NCBI GenBank assembly: GCA_964016885.1
Contig: CAXHJY010000614.1
Span: 1 to 64,000 of the forward strand
Length of the DNA stretch: 64,000 nt
Direction: 5' to 3'
Source of the DNA: Eledone cirrhosa
Lineage: Eukaryota
Part shown: positions 40,812 through 53,927 of the stretch, in pieces
How the letters are laid out: the number at the start of each line of letters is the position of its first letter
Position numbering within the stretch: the first letter of the stretch is position 1
Made by a program: the position numbers and the translations under genes
Notes under the pieces: model-generated
Databases searched by the model: none
Told to the model about the DNA's origin: nothing
The model's input: only the letters and a program-made list of their open reading frames with translations

Positions 40812-41136
40812 CCACCGACACCAACAAATATAAAGAAATTCCATGACTACTACAAAACAGATGTAGGTCTCCACAGAAGGCACTATGGCATTTCCAATGA
40901 TCCACAACGTTATTTCACGCCGAAGTTATACCACGGTAAACCTATCAAATTGTCGACTCCTATAAAGGAATTGCTCGTCCCAGCCATGGAAACAGAATAT
41001 CAAGAGGCGTGTAAAAACCTGAAAGATACCCTTTATACGGGTAAAAAAATTGAAAGTCTTGCTCAAAAGACACAGTGGTATTTTGACACACCAAATGATT
41101 TCGAACAAATGACACATGGGAAAATAGTCAAAACTG
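40812..41136 (+). CDS. EFHB: EF-hand domain family member B (CFAP21) homologue, coding exon
   Basis: ttcag acceptor, PPTPTNIKKFHDYY...HYGISNDP...THGKIVKT, GTAAG donor phase 1; resembles the EFHB region as recalled. Confidence 0.88.
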
Positions 41137-41246
41137 GTAAGACTTGTCGAATAGGTTTTCATTTTTCTCTGATTCTGTAGTTGCTGCTTTCGTTGTTCTT
41201 TCTTTTCTTTTCTTTTCTTTCGTTTCTCCCTATTTCTCTTCCACAG

Positions 41247-41568
41247 ACCAAGATATTGGCAAGATCATGTTCCCACCCTATTCTCGCTCCCAAGTGAAAG
41301 AACTGGAGGAGCGTTACCACGGGATGTATGTGACATCGCACAAAGATTACTACCCGGGTGAACAGTTTGACAGGGATTACAAACTTCCGTTCAGGCCATC
41401 GACAACGTATGGCAACATCACGAATAAATACAACGACGGAGATTTAACAAAGTCCAGTGTAAAATGGTTAAATATGGTCAAGAAAGAGAAAGCCACACCC
41501 CTTATCTACAAGAATTTTGATGAATTCAAGGAGAAGACACAACCCCGGATAGGGCATTCACTATGCGA
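41247..41568 (+). CDS. EFHB: EFHB homologue, coding exon
   Basis: ccacag acceptor; HGMYVTSHKDYYPGEQFDRDY...YNDG...DEFKEKTQPRIG matches EFHB HDLYVVSHNDYYAGE...FNDG...DDFKEKFQHKLG; GTAAGT donor phase 2. Confidence 0.93.
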
Positions 41569-41831
41569 GTAAGTATGGGTTACTGTTGTTGTTGTTATGG
41601 TTATAGTGGGTTTCTTTCCCCCACCCTGACTTTATCATCATCATCACCATAGTCATCAACGCCACTATCATCATCATCACCACCAGAGCCACCGCCAGAT
41701 ACAATATATATTTTTGGTTAATTAAACTAAGTGAATTACAGTTTTGTTTACGTGACATGAACTCACTATGAAATCACTATTCTCACTTTGAAGTAATATT
41801 GCTCCGCTTTGAAATGATATGCATTCATTTT

Positions 41832-42012
41832 AATAATAATTGTTTCTACTTTTGGCACAAGGCCAACAGTTATCCCAGTGTATTACTGGTACTTTATTTT
41901 ATCGACCTCGTAAGGATGAAAAGCAAAGTTAACCTCGGCGGGATTTGAACTCAGACTATAAAGGGCCGTAACTCTTTGCTGCAAAGCATGGCGTCCGACC
42001 TTCTACCGATAC
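41832..42012 (-). mobile_element. Meta-type SINE
   Basis: Same family as 40133-40321. Confidence 0.85.
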
Positions 42013-42339
42013 AGGGCTCAGGTACACTACAACTCATCAAAGGTGCATGTATAATACATAGAATAATGTACGAGTTGGGAAATCGATATTCTTACCCTGA
42101 TCTGACATGTACCCACTTAGAAATCCTTAATTTCACTTTGAATTGAGATATTCTCATTGAGATTTACAAATACTAGAATTATCACAAAAAATATTTATCC
42201 CACTAATACGGAAATTTAAGGGGAAACAACTCATAATATTGTACGTTTTCTGCTGCTCTCCCTTGAGATTCTGTTACAAAACTGTTACGTAATATTTATA
42301 GTTGTAAAATACATTAAATATTAAAAAAATTTTTTAGTA

Positions 42340-43870
42340 CGTCTTTTCCCACTTATTCTTATAAGAGTCATGGGAACATAGTCCTCAAGTACGCTTTCCA
42401 GCAGGTCCTGTAAGAATCAACAGTTTCTAATTGATCCAGCTGGTTTCCCAAGCGAGACCAGCTGAGCTCATCATGCATATTATGCTTGCTCGGGATCTAC
42501 CCTTGGTTTTGTACGTAAAATCTGTCCAGCGATCCTTTCCCGAGACATTCTAACCACTCATTAGAGGCCGCTTATATTTGCAATTGTATTCATGACCATA
42601 GGTTAGGGTTGTCACGAATACTGAATTGGAAGTATCGAGTTTGGCTTTTACCCTACCTCCCTTCTTGTGATGACTGGATGTTGAAGCTGGAACATTACTG
42701 CACCAGTTGCTGCAATTATTGCACTTAATTAAACCTCCTATCTTCCATCGTTCGTGAACACAGCCTCTAGATACTTGAACTTCTCCACCTGCTTCAGTGG
42801 AACTCCTCTCTCATGTAGAGTGTATTACACAGGCTTTCCTGAGAGGACAAATGTCTCAGTCTTTGCAGCACTGATTTTTATTCCTACTCTTCAGAAAACC
42901 TATGAAGTGCATGTTGGAGATCCTCTTCTGATGAGTTTCATAGTACCTTGTCATCCGCAAAATTCAACTGACTGATCCTACACCCTCCAGTCTTGATACC
43001 GCTTCCAACCCTGATTTTAACGTCAATCTTGTCCATGAAGATTATGAACAGGTGAAGTGACAGTATGCACCCTTGGCAGAGACCAACACTCATATTGAAT
43101 GTTTACGACTTAGCACCATTTATCCTAACACAAATATTAAGGTATTCATATCGAGACAGCAGAGCAACAAAAAGCTGTCTTTCGATCCCATACTCTTTTA
43201 GAAACTTCCACAATAGGTCCTGTGGAATGCATTCATATGCCTTTTTGAGGTCTATGAAACAAGAACACACCAATTGGCAATACTCCCACGATTTCTCAAA
43301 GACTTTACAGGTGATCTCTCAATAATTGGAACAGTCTCTCTTGTCTCCCTTTTTGAAAATTGGAATTATCACTCCTGATTGCCATTGCTTAGCTGCCTTT
43401 CCAGAGATCCAGGCCACCCAGCACATGCAAGTTAGCCAGAGAATACTTTCTCTATTTAAGTCTTTTAACATCTCAGGCCGAATTTCATCCTCCCCAGTGG
43501 ACTTTCCATAGCTGTGCTCTTTAATTGTTCTTGTAACCTCAGCCTCCATGAGGTTAATCATCACTCCCAGATGCATCTTGTGTACATCAGAAGATGCTGT
43601 TGTGACCAGGTTTAGGAGTTTAACAAAGTATTCTTTCCACCTCACAAGGATGCACCTCTCTGAAGAGAGCAGAACCACAGACACATTCATGATAGGCATG
43701 GAGAAGGACCTATGAAGTCGACGGATGGTCTGTCAGAATACTTTAATTGCTGATTTGAAGTTGGATAATAGCTTAACCCCAAAGTTCTACCATGTCTTAA
43801 CTTTGGATGCCTTTATTGTCTCTCAGTGACTTATGCCTGCTTGTACTGGAAGTGCAAGAAGGAGGACTTA
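42340..43870 (-). mobile_element. Decayed RTE-clade LINE (second family)
   Basis: WKEYFVKLLN...KSTGEDEIRPEMLK...WQSGVIIPIFKKGDKRDCSNY. Confidence 0.88.
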
Positions 43871-44099
43871 TTTCCATGCCAGCTCTCACAACTTTTGCCC
43901 AGGTCTTTCTTAGTCATGCTCTGCTGCAGCTTCTTTCCACTGAGATTTCTTGGCACTTCACCCAGTGATCATCATCCATACACATTACATGTCCATACCA
44001 GCATAGTCTTCTCTTCTGCATACTACAGGATAATAATGAAAAGAAAATGGTTTCAGTTATTATTGGCCACAAGGGCCGAGTCATAGGGGATAATATAAT

Positions 44100-45560
44100 A
44101 GATGGGGACAGTGGGGGTTTTACACAAAAATCGAGTAAAAAATAGGAAAACAATAACAATAAACAAGAAAAATACAACAATGAAAATTCCCCAAATAGGG
44201 GGATAACCACCCAGGGTTGATTCAGGTACCCCACCAATCCTGAACCAGCCAACGCTTAGAGGGCACCTGGGAAGGGCACCCCTCTCCTCCTCAAATTCAC
44301 CAGCCTACAGGCGTATGACCAGAGTAGGCCCACTCACACGGGTCATTCTCGCCACATTCACCCACCTTTCAGCAAATGTACTGAGGGGCAGCACTTCTCT
44401 CCTCCACCCTCATCTTCCTTTCCAAGTGAAATTTGAAAAAGTTGATGAGGGATTGGCCGAAGAGAAAAGTGTCTGTCTTCAGTCCTTTTAATCCGGTCCA
44501 CCATACAACCTCTTTCACTACTGCCACCAGACAGAGGAAAATTGCCTGCCCTTCCTGGCCAAAAAAGGCACAGGTCGATCTTCACTATGGACTCGGTTGA
44601 TAGCCGGATCCATTCTACATGCGACAACAGCTGTTCGACATAACTCTACAACTCAGTAATGCACGGACACTGGATGAGTGCATGCAGAATGGTTTCATCG
44701 CTCTGCACACATCTCGGGTGGGTCCATCTGACAGCACTTCCATGTTTGTAGAGTTTATCCCAAACCGGCAGAACCCCCCGGTAGCTCTGCTAAGTAAGGG
44801 ATTTCTGGAAGTTATCCATGGTCCCTGGCTCGAAAGTCCTCCAGAACAGATTAGTTAGTTTGACTTTGTCGACGCCCAGAGCCTTTCCAAGTGCGTTGTT
44901 GCACTTGCCCACCACTAATCCTCTATAGAACTCGAGAGTGGAAGTTGCACTAACCGCATTGCCTGCCTGGCAGAGGGCAGTGAGTGTCTGGCAACATTCC
45001 AAATGCCAGTCACTCAGTCTCGGTATCTTCCATGTCTGAGAGTTTATCTCGAACTGGCAATATTCTCCAGTAGCACTACCAGGACAGGGATTTCTGGAAG
45101 TTATCCATGCGCCCTGAACTGAAAGTCATCTGGAAAAGAGTGACTAGATGATTTTCGTTGACCCCCTAGAGTCTCCCCAAGAATGTCATCATTTTCACCT
45201 GTTACTAACCCTCTATAGAATGCTAAGGTAGAGTTTTCAGCAATTGTACTGTCTGATTGGCAGAGGGCCATGATTGCTTGAAGACATTCAAGTTTCCAAG
45301 CGTTCCCTCTCAGTCTTTGCTTGACCCAGGACTGCAGCTCCACCAAGGAGACGAGCTGGAGAAAACCAAGTCAAGTGAATAGCAACCAGCACATATTTGC
45401 ACATCATTGGCCTTACAATGCCCAGTCTTCAATACAGCAGGTGTTGACAGCAAATGCACTGCCTGGCCATTGGCATGTGTCCATTCACAAAAAGCAAAAG
45501 AGCAAACACTTCAGAGCAGTCAGACAAGGAGTGTCAGCATGTCGGACAACAGACTTTGTG
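44100..45560 (-). mobile_element. L1/Tx1-clade LINE 3' fragment with ~285-bp internal duplication
   Basis: MDNFQKSLT*QSYRGVLPVWDKLYKHG...PRCVQSDETILHALIQC resembles the zf-RVT C-terminal region; ~44760-45030 is repeated at ~45045-45330. Confidence 0.78.
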
Positions 45561-46492
45561 GCATATAGTTACGTCCCTTTATGTTCTGGATTGATAAAAT
45601 AAAATATGAGTAACACACTGGGGTCAATTTAATCGACTTTCCCCTGCCTTTCAAACTGCTGGCCTTGTGCTAAAAGTAGAAACAATTATTATTATTTCTA
45701 TTTCAAATATTTTTCATTATTTCTCAAATCACTTAGACTTTTTAGAGTGTTGTACAAAATGTCTTGCTCTATTATTTATTCGATCTATTTAATATTCTGA
45801 GTTCAAGTTCCACCAAGGTCAACTTTGCTGAAAATTCTTTTGGAGGTCTATAAAATATATTACCAACCAGTTAAGTAGTGTAGTTGATATAATCCACAGA
45901 TACTCTCCCTCACACCTCCTTCCTTCCTCCTTTTCTTCATATTTCTGACCTTGTGTCTTTTATGTATTATGATACTAACTATTAATTCAGTGGATTCATG
46001 CTTCTTTCAGGCTATAAATTATTGATGGAAATCACAAGAATAACTGAAATTCAATGCTTTAACTAGGAATTGAACCTGTATTGCAGTTGTGACTCACCAT
46101 CAATTTATGTATGCAGTATGAGATATTCTTTTGACTTAAGTCTTTTAAGTATCTTAGATATTCAACAAACTCTGGCAATCTCTTTACATAATGAAATACA
46201 TTAGATATTATTATCAACCTATTTTTCACTTTACATTCATTTAAATCAATTACAATAATTTTCTTTCATAAATGTTATTATCAAATAAAATTTAATTTCA
46301 AAATAATCTAATTTTAAAACATAATTAGATTTTAAAACAATTTAATTTTACCTTCATCAATATCAATTAAAATCATTTTTTTTACTGATAAATCATTCAG
46401 AATTTACATATACATATCAATCAGATATGGTAATGAAAGGGTTAAAACAAAAGAACACCCACTATGATACAATAGTACTTTGTATTTTGCAG

Positions 46493-46709
46493 GATTCGAA
46501 ATAGCAGGAAATTCCCATGTGACTTCATTTTTGGTTCGAAGAGTGAAGTAAATGAAAGTGTTAGCGAAGTGGTATTCAATGCTACTCCATTCCACTACAA
46601 CATAGCTGACGACCATTATGCCTTCCTGATTGCACTGAGGAAAGATTTAACTAATTATGAGTATTCTAGCATCCCTAAAATTCTCACTGCAATGCAGCTG
46701 TCTGATGTG
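46493..46709 (+). CDS. EFHB: EFHB homologue, coding exon
   Basis: tttgcag acceptor, phase 2 in; IRNSRKFPCDFIFGSKS...FLIALRKDLTNYEYSSIPKILTAMQLSDV; GTAAGT donor phase 0. Confidence 0.88.
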
Positions 46710-47134
46710 GTAAGTGGAGATTATTGTACAACTGTATTGTCCCTATTTGCTCATAATAGTGAGAGATGTGGAGAGCGGGCGAGGTGGAGACAGTGACAGT
46801 GGGAGTTTGGTTTTTTGTGTTTGGACCTTGTGTATGAGTATATGTTTCACTGTATTACTGAACTAATGACATGGCTGTTGGGGTTAAGGAGTTTGCAACC
46901 ACATGGTTAGTCACCACCTATTAGTCAATATATCAATTTACCATGATCAATTAACCCTCTGAAACAGCCGTAAAATGGCCGTAAAACAACAAACTAATAT
47001 ATATATATATAGATGACTGTAACTTGATTAGAATCTTTGATGGAACCTTATGCAATGAGAGCATACTACAAGAACTATAGCTCTCACTACATGATCTCAT
47101 TGAAATTATCTCTTCAAGATTTCATGGATACCAG

Positions 47135-47198
<64 letters not shown>

Positions 47199-47200
<2 letters not shown>

Positions 47201-47427
47201 ATGTATATATAATGTATTTTTCAATACACTTTATGCTTAATTAAAAGCATTTTGAAGACCGTATGCTATTGTTTTAGAGTAGTGACAAATTCACTTACTT
47301 TAATCTCCCCTGTTTGCTGAGATTAAAGTAAGTGAATTTGTCACTACTCTAAAACAATAGCATACGGTCTTCAAAATGCTTTTAATTAAGCATAAAGTGT
47401 ATTGAAAAATACATTATATATACATCC
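47199..47427. repeat. 109-bp-arm palindrome, 11-bp spacer, embedded in (TA)n
   Basis: 47199-47307 is the reverse complement of 47319-47427; no mismatch seen by eye. Confidence 0.93.
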
Positions 47428-47462
47428 ATATATATATTGCTATTTCAGAGCTCCAATTCTAA

Positions 47463-47499
<37 letters not shown>

Positions 47500-47508
<9 letters not shown>

Positions 47509-48372
47509 GAATTTAGCTTCGAGCATAGCTCTATAAAGATATGTATTGGAAATTCGTATTTCTAAAGAAATACAGTATGTTTATAAATAATCATTTAGAA
47601 AGCTGTAGATATGCCAAAACACTGGCAGCTATCGGCACCTGGCAGTGTCCAGCAGAAGCAAGAGGCACAATTGTCGATGCATTTCAAACTGAACTGGTTG
47701 TCATGAAGACGATCCCTCCCACTCTTGCAACTGCTGGACTTGAAAACAGGCGAGAATATATATATCATATTTCCCGGAGCCACAGACACTTTGTCCTTGA
47801 GGATGCACCCTAATTTTGACAACCAAAAATTTGAAAAAAATAATATACAACCTTCGGCCTTCAGGACACATGGTAGATTTTTGAGTCTTATTTTAGAAAA
47901 AAAGTAGCGTCTTCGACACCGGGAAATACGGTAGTTTTCTCGTCTGCATAAATGATAACCGCCAGTGATTTTGCATAACTACGGCTTTCTAAATGTTTAT
48001 TTATAAACACACCATATTTCTTTAGAAATACGAAATTGAAATACATATCTGTATACAGCTATGCTCGAAGCTAAATTTTAATTCTATTCTATTATAAGTT
48101 GAGCCAACTTATACAGCTTCATATGTAAATGAGATTACTTACCTCATTTACACAGATGAGAAAACTATATATTCTCGCGTGTTTTCAGGTCCAGCAGTTG
48201 CAAGAGTGAGAGGGATCATCCTGATGAGAACCAATTGAGTTGAAAATGCATTGACGATTGTCACCCTTGCTTCTGCTGGACACCACCAGGTGGCGATAGC
48301 CACTGGTGCTTTTGCATAGCTACAGCTTTCTAAATGTTTATTTATAGATTTAGAAATACGAAATTCTAATAC
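47500..48372. repeat. Fold-back/inverted repeat cluster with a nested pogo/Tc1-type MITE (~47763-47932)
   Basis: 47500-47760 is mirrored by 47950-48090 and 48165-48372; inner TIRs catatttcccgg / ccgggaaatacggta. Confidence 0.7.
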
Positions 48373-48399
48373 ACACACTCACATATATATATATATATA

Positions 48400-48574
48400 T
48401 TTAGCGTAAAAGTTGGCGTCCATCAGGGCTCTGTTCTCAGCCGTTTAGCGTAAAAGTTGGCGTCCATCAGGGCTCTGTTCTCAGCCGTTTAGCGTAAAAG
48501 TTGGCGTCCATCAGGGCTCTGTTCTCAGCCGTTTAGCGTAAAAGTTGGCGTCCATCAGGGCTCTGTTCTCAGCC
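48400..48574 (+). repeat. 4 x 44-bp perfect tandem repeat at the RTE 5' junction
   Basis: tttagcgtaaaagttggcgtccatcagggctctgttctcagccg starts at 48400, 48444, 48488 and 48532. Confidence 0.95.
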
Positions 48575-49975
48575 CCCTACTATTTATTATTGCCCTTCAG
48601 GCTATAACAGAGGAGTTCAAGACAGGCTGCCCATGGGAACTCCTATACGCAGACGACCTGACACTCATAGCGGAATCAATGGCCGAGCTAGAGAAGAAAT
48701 TCCAAACATGGAAGCACGGCCTAGAGTCAAAAGGACTTAAAATTAACCTGGCTAAGACCAAAGTTCTAGTTTGTAGGAAAGAAAACAAGGCGGCGGTCCC
48801 TTCTGGGAAATGGTCGTGCTCGGTATGTAGGAAAGGCGTAGGTAGAAACTCCATCTTATGTCCTAAATGCAAAGTATGGGTGCATAAAAGATGTAGTGGG
48901 ATCACAGGTAAGCTAACTAAGAACATAGACTTTACATGTGGCCGGTGTTCTGGTGCAATAAGTAGCAGCAAGTGCCCACAAAATACTAGCTCTTTCAATT
49001 GCGCAGAGGGTTTTATAGAAATAGTGGACAGCTTCCGTTACCTGGGCGATAAAATCAGCAGTGGGGGAGGGTGCTCTGAAAGTACTGTAGCTAGAGTCAG
49101 AACTGGTTGGAAAAAGTTCAGAGAGCTTATACCACTATTAGCTGCTAAAGGGTTCTCCCTAAAAATGAAAGGCAGGTTGTACGATGCCTGCATACGAACA
49201 GCAATGTTGCATGGTAGTGAGACCTGGGCATTGTGTGCAGAGGATATACGCAGACTAGAGAGGAACGAAGCTTGCATGCTCCGCTGGATGTGTAACAGTA
49301 ATATACGTGAACGGCAAAGCATAAACGAACTAAGGAAAAAATTAGAGATAAGAGGGATCAGATGTTGTTTACTCGAGAGAAGGCTGCGTTGGTATGGACA
49401 CGTGATGCGCATGAAAGTCGATAGCTGTATTACAAAGTGCAGGGCAATAAAGATAGACGGTAGCCACGGAATAGGCAGACCTAGAAAAACATGGGATGAG
49501 CTGATAAACTCCGACCTCACACACTTACACCTCTCCAAGACAATGTCACTGGACCGTGACCTTTGGCGGTACTCAGTAACAGAGAAGACCCGCCTTGCCA
49601 GTAGGCATCTCTAACAAAATACACCCCTCCCGCCGCCACCCCCACCCCATCCACACCACCCCGTTCTATGTAAAGTTATGTTGGTGCCGCGCCATCCAGG
49701 CCGAAACAAATGAGATCGTGTAGGTGTCACGACAAAAAAACACACAGTCCACGCTGTAATGTGGCCGTGTAGGCAACACGGTAAAAACCTCCCAGACCCA
49801 CACTGTAAATGTGGTTGGTGTTAGGAAGGGCATCCAACTGTAGAAAACCTGCCAGACAGTCCTATGCGAGCAAGACAATCACTCTTGCCTCAAGTGGGAC
49901 TACCCCCGTCCAAACCCATGCAAGCGTGGAACACGGACGTTAAACGTTGATGATGATGATGATGATGATGATGAT
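48400..49975 (+). mobile_element. Young 5'-truncated RTE LINE with intact RT C-terminal frame, embedded PHD finger and (GAT)n tail
   Basis: VGVHQGSVLSPLLF, LLYADDL, FRYLG, LHGSETW, LRWYGHV and GRPRKTW all in one open frame ending at 49614. Confidence 0.95.
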
Positions 49976-50027
49976 ATATATGTATATATATATATACAAA
50001 TGGAAACTATATTTATAAAACCATATC

Positions 50028-50092
50028 TATTTTATTATACATATTTCAAGGATACCATGTTAAATTATGGTATGCTTTCATCAGACAAAATA
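50028..50092 (-). ncRNA. Minimal type I hammerhead ribozyme (family B) in the inverted PLE terminal repeat
   Basis: Minus strand: tattttgt CTGATGA aagcataccat-aatttaac-atggtatcctt GAAA tatgta TA ataaaata. Confidence 0.88.
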
Positions 50093-50559
50093 CAATATAT
50101 ACCAGTTTTATAAATAAATTTTGACATGCCCTTTCAAAATACAACCGTTACTTTTGGAAGACATCAGGGATATTGGATTTGTTTATCTTAGTAAGTCATT
50201 GTGTTACGGAGAAGGAAAAAGATGGAGAGAGAGAAAAACCGAGAGAGAGAAAAGTTGAGAAAGAAAGGGAGATATAAAGAAAGAAAAAGAGAAAAAAAGA
50301 AAAAAGAAAAAAGAAAAAAGAAAAAAGAAAAAAGAAAAAAGAAAAAAGAAAAAGGAGAGAGAGATATCAAAACACCAGACAGAGAGAAAAAATCAAGAGA
50401 GAGAAATATAGAGATAGAGAGGGGGGGGGGGAGGGAGAGAATGAAAACCTTAAGTCATGTCATATTAAGTTAAGTTAACAATTGAGATGAAATGAATAAA
50501 TAAAATTAGAAATATTAATATTCATGAATGGAATATACATATATAATATGAGAAAAAGG

Positions 50560-52257
50560 AAACCTAAGATTAATATGAAGGATCATAAAAGAAACTTTGA
50601 AAATGATTTACCAGTCAGATTAATTGCACCATCTAAATCTGACCTTGGCAGACGTAGCAAAAATATTCTAGACAGAATAATACCACAAATTAAGAATTTA
50701 CCTAATTTATCTTACTTAAAATTATGGAAAGGGACTAGTGAGGTTATCGATTGGTTTAAAGAAATTAAATATAACTATAATAATAAGTTTATTCAGTTGG
50801 ATATTGCTAACTACTACTCATCTATCACTCCTAATCTACTGAATAAGGCACTAACTTACGCATTTAAACATACAGACATAACTAGTAATGAAATGCACAC
50901 TATATTATCGGCACGGAAAACATTAATAGAATTTAATAACCACCTCTGGACTAGGGCAGATAGAAATAATAATTTCGACATAACTATGGGATCTTCAGAC
51001 TCAGCTCAGGTAACGGACCTTGTGGGCCTATTTATAATTAATTCTCTACATAGAAAAATACCAGGTGTAACCGGAGGTTTATATCGTGACGACATGCTTT
51101 TACTTATAGAAAATAATAGCTGTGAACTAAATAGAAAAAGAAAACAAATTATACAATTTTTTAATTACCTTAATCTAAAAGTAGAAATAGAGAATAACCA
51201 TAAAATAGTCAATTTTCTAGATGTAACACTAAATCTTAACACATGTCTTCATTATCCATTTCACAAACTAAATGAGAACTTAAATTATGTCAATTTTAAC
51301 TCTAATCACCCCAGATCCGTTAAAAATACTATAGTGAACTCTGTACAAGAACGAATTTTGAGAATTTCATCTAATAAGAATATATTTGATGAAAAAGTGC
51401 ATTATTAAAACGAAGCGTTAGGTAGAGCTGGGTATAGAAATAAAATTAAATACATCGATAATAATAATACTATAAAAACTAACCAAAATAATAACAATTT
51501 TAACTATGGTAACAATTTTAACAACTATAATAGAAAACATTACAATAATTCCGAAAGCCGAAAAAGAAATAGAACTAGGAATATAGTATGGTTCGCTCCT
51601 CCTTTCTCACTAAATATTCAAACCCCTATTGCTAAACTATTCTTTAAAGCTCTCGACAAACGCTTTCCTAGAACACATAGATATTACTCAATTTTTAATA
51701 GACATACTATAAAATTAACTTACTCTTCCACCAAAAATTTAGCGCAAAATATTAATAGAATTAATAATAGAAATTTAAAACCTAACCAAAATACCAATAA
51801 TAACCCAAGCAATATTCAATCGAATAATTGTAACTGTAGAAATAAATCCAACTGTCCGTTAAATAACAATTGCTTAGCTAAAAATGTAGTTTATAATTGT
51901 AATGTAAAAACTAATTTAAATTCATTTAATTATGTCGGGTCTACCTCCACAGAGTTTAAATCCCGCTTCAATAATCATAAAAATTCTTTTACAGATCCAA
52001 ACAAAAAATCTTCAACTTCGCTATCTAGCCTATTATGGGACCTAAAACGAGATAATGTTGAATATTCGCTGATTTGGAATATTATTTCAAAAGCTACTCC
52101 TTTTAATTCCTCTTCAGAAAATTGCGATCTTTGTATAGAGGAAATATTCTTTATATTAAAGACCAACAATTCCCTAAATTTAAGGAATAATTTATTCAGT
52201 TGCTGCAGACATAGATTGAACTTAACGTTTAAATATAAATATAAATTTAAAATGTAG
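50560..52257 (+). pseudogene. PLE reverse transcriptase plus GIY-YIG endonuclease, single premature TAA at 51406-51408
   Basis: KDHK...RLIAPSKSDLG, LDIANYY, TMGS, LYRDD, NFLDVTL; after the stop the same frame gives IVWFAPPFS, CNCRNKSNCPL, VVY...YVGST...FKSRFNNHK, CDLC, CCRHR. Confidence 0.93.
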
Positions 52258-53735
52258 TATAATTAATTAAGTAATTTGGTTAATATATGAAACCTGTCGA
52301 TAAATCATTAGATTCCTTCACCTTTTTCATTTTCTTTGGTTAAGTACTAAAGTATAAATAAATTTTCTTCCTAAATATAAATATAAATATAATAAACTAT
52401 TCTAGAGAAATATATTGTGAGCTCTTGAAAGGAGAAAATATTTCCTATTTCTTATATTTTTTATATTTTTCATATTTTTCATATTTTTTTATATTTTATT
52501 TATTTATTTATTTATTTATTTTATATTTATTTTATGATAGCTTCTCATAATTTTTGAACATTTATCCTTTCAATATCTTGAGTAAAATATACGTAAAATA
52601 TACTAAATCTATTAAACATATTATTTTAACTTAAAATATTCTATAATATTTTAAAATATTTTAATATTTTAATATTTTAGAATTCTTTTGTTTTTAAGTT
52701 ATATTGATATAATTATATTTCCAAAATATAATCCTTTTGTATTTTATGTACTCAATTATACTATGTAATATATTGATGTATACTTATCTCTATACGAGTA
52801 TGTATGTATATGTGTGTATTGACATACATATACATGTATTATATGCATTTTTATGAATATATGTCTGTCTATATATATGCATGAGTGATGCGTGTCTACC
52901 AATTGGGTGATGCACACACATGTGTATATATGTATATGTAAGAATTGTGTGTGTACATGTACATGTGTACCCATACAATTTGATTGCAGATTTAATGCAT
53001 GAAAGCTAATCCTATATATTTTTATATATATATATAAACATTTTTTATTTAATAACACAAGGGATGTATAACATTAATAATAAAAAAAAATCATTTATGC
53101 TTTGTATGTATATATTATATACGGGAGTAGATATAATGTGTATCTTCTGAGTGTGTATATATATATATATTTATGTGTATCTTTTGCGTGTGTGTACGTG
53201 TTATATGATAGGTAATTTTCTCTAGCAATATATAGATTTCTTAATGTTTAAATTTCAATTTTTAATATATTGATCTCAACTTTTAAACTAAATATCTAAT
53301 CATAGTTAAACAATGATTAATTTCTCATATTATATATGTATATTCCATTCATGAATATTAATATTTCTAATTTTATTTATTCATTTCATCCCAATTGTTA
53401 ACTTAACTTAATATGACATGACTTAAGGTTTTCGTTCTCTCCCCCCTCTCTCTATCTCTCTCTCTCTTGATTTTTTCTCTCTGTCTGGTGTTTTGATATC
53501 TCTCTCTCCTTTTTCTTTTTTCTTTTTTTTTTTTTTCTCTTTTTCTTTCTTTATATCTCCCTTTCTTTCTCAACTTTTCTCTCTCTTGGTTTTTCTCTCT
53601 CTCCGTCTTTTTCCTTCTCCGTAACACAATGACTTACTAAGATAAACAAATCCAATATCCCTGATGTCTTCCAAAAGTAACGGTTGTATTTTGAAAGGGT
53701 ATGTCAAAATTTATTTATAAAACTGGTATATATTG

Positions 53736-53800
53736 TATTTTGTCTGATGAAAGCATACCATAATTTAACATGATATCCTTGAAATATGTATAATAAAATA
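53736..53800 (+). ncRNA. Minimal type I hammerhead ribozyme (family B) at the PLE 3' end
   Basis: tattttgt CTGATGA aagcataccat...atgatatcctt GAAA tatgta TA ataaaata. Confidence 0.86.
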
Positions 53801-53927
53801 GATATGGTTTTATAAATATAGTTTCCATTTGTTAATATCGTATATTTACTCCAAATACTTGTCGAGTGCTTTATATCAGTTATAAAAATATTTGCTTGTT
53901 GTATCCCAACAATTTAAATAGAACTTT

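Noticed and set aside
48400-48574. CRISPR-like array
   Set aside because: The repeats are contiguous with no spacers and derive from RTE RT coding sequence in a eukaryotic context.
50201-50473. Lys/Arg/Glu-rich ORF (and its mirror at 53403-53627)
   Set aside because: Purine-rich low-complexity tract within the PLE terminal repeat.
51406-51408. Programmed readthrough or selenocysteine in the PLE ORF
   Set aside because: The codon is TAA, not TGA, and probably arose from a Tyr codon by point mutation or sequencing error.
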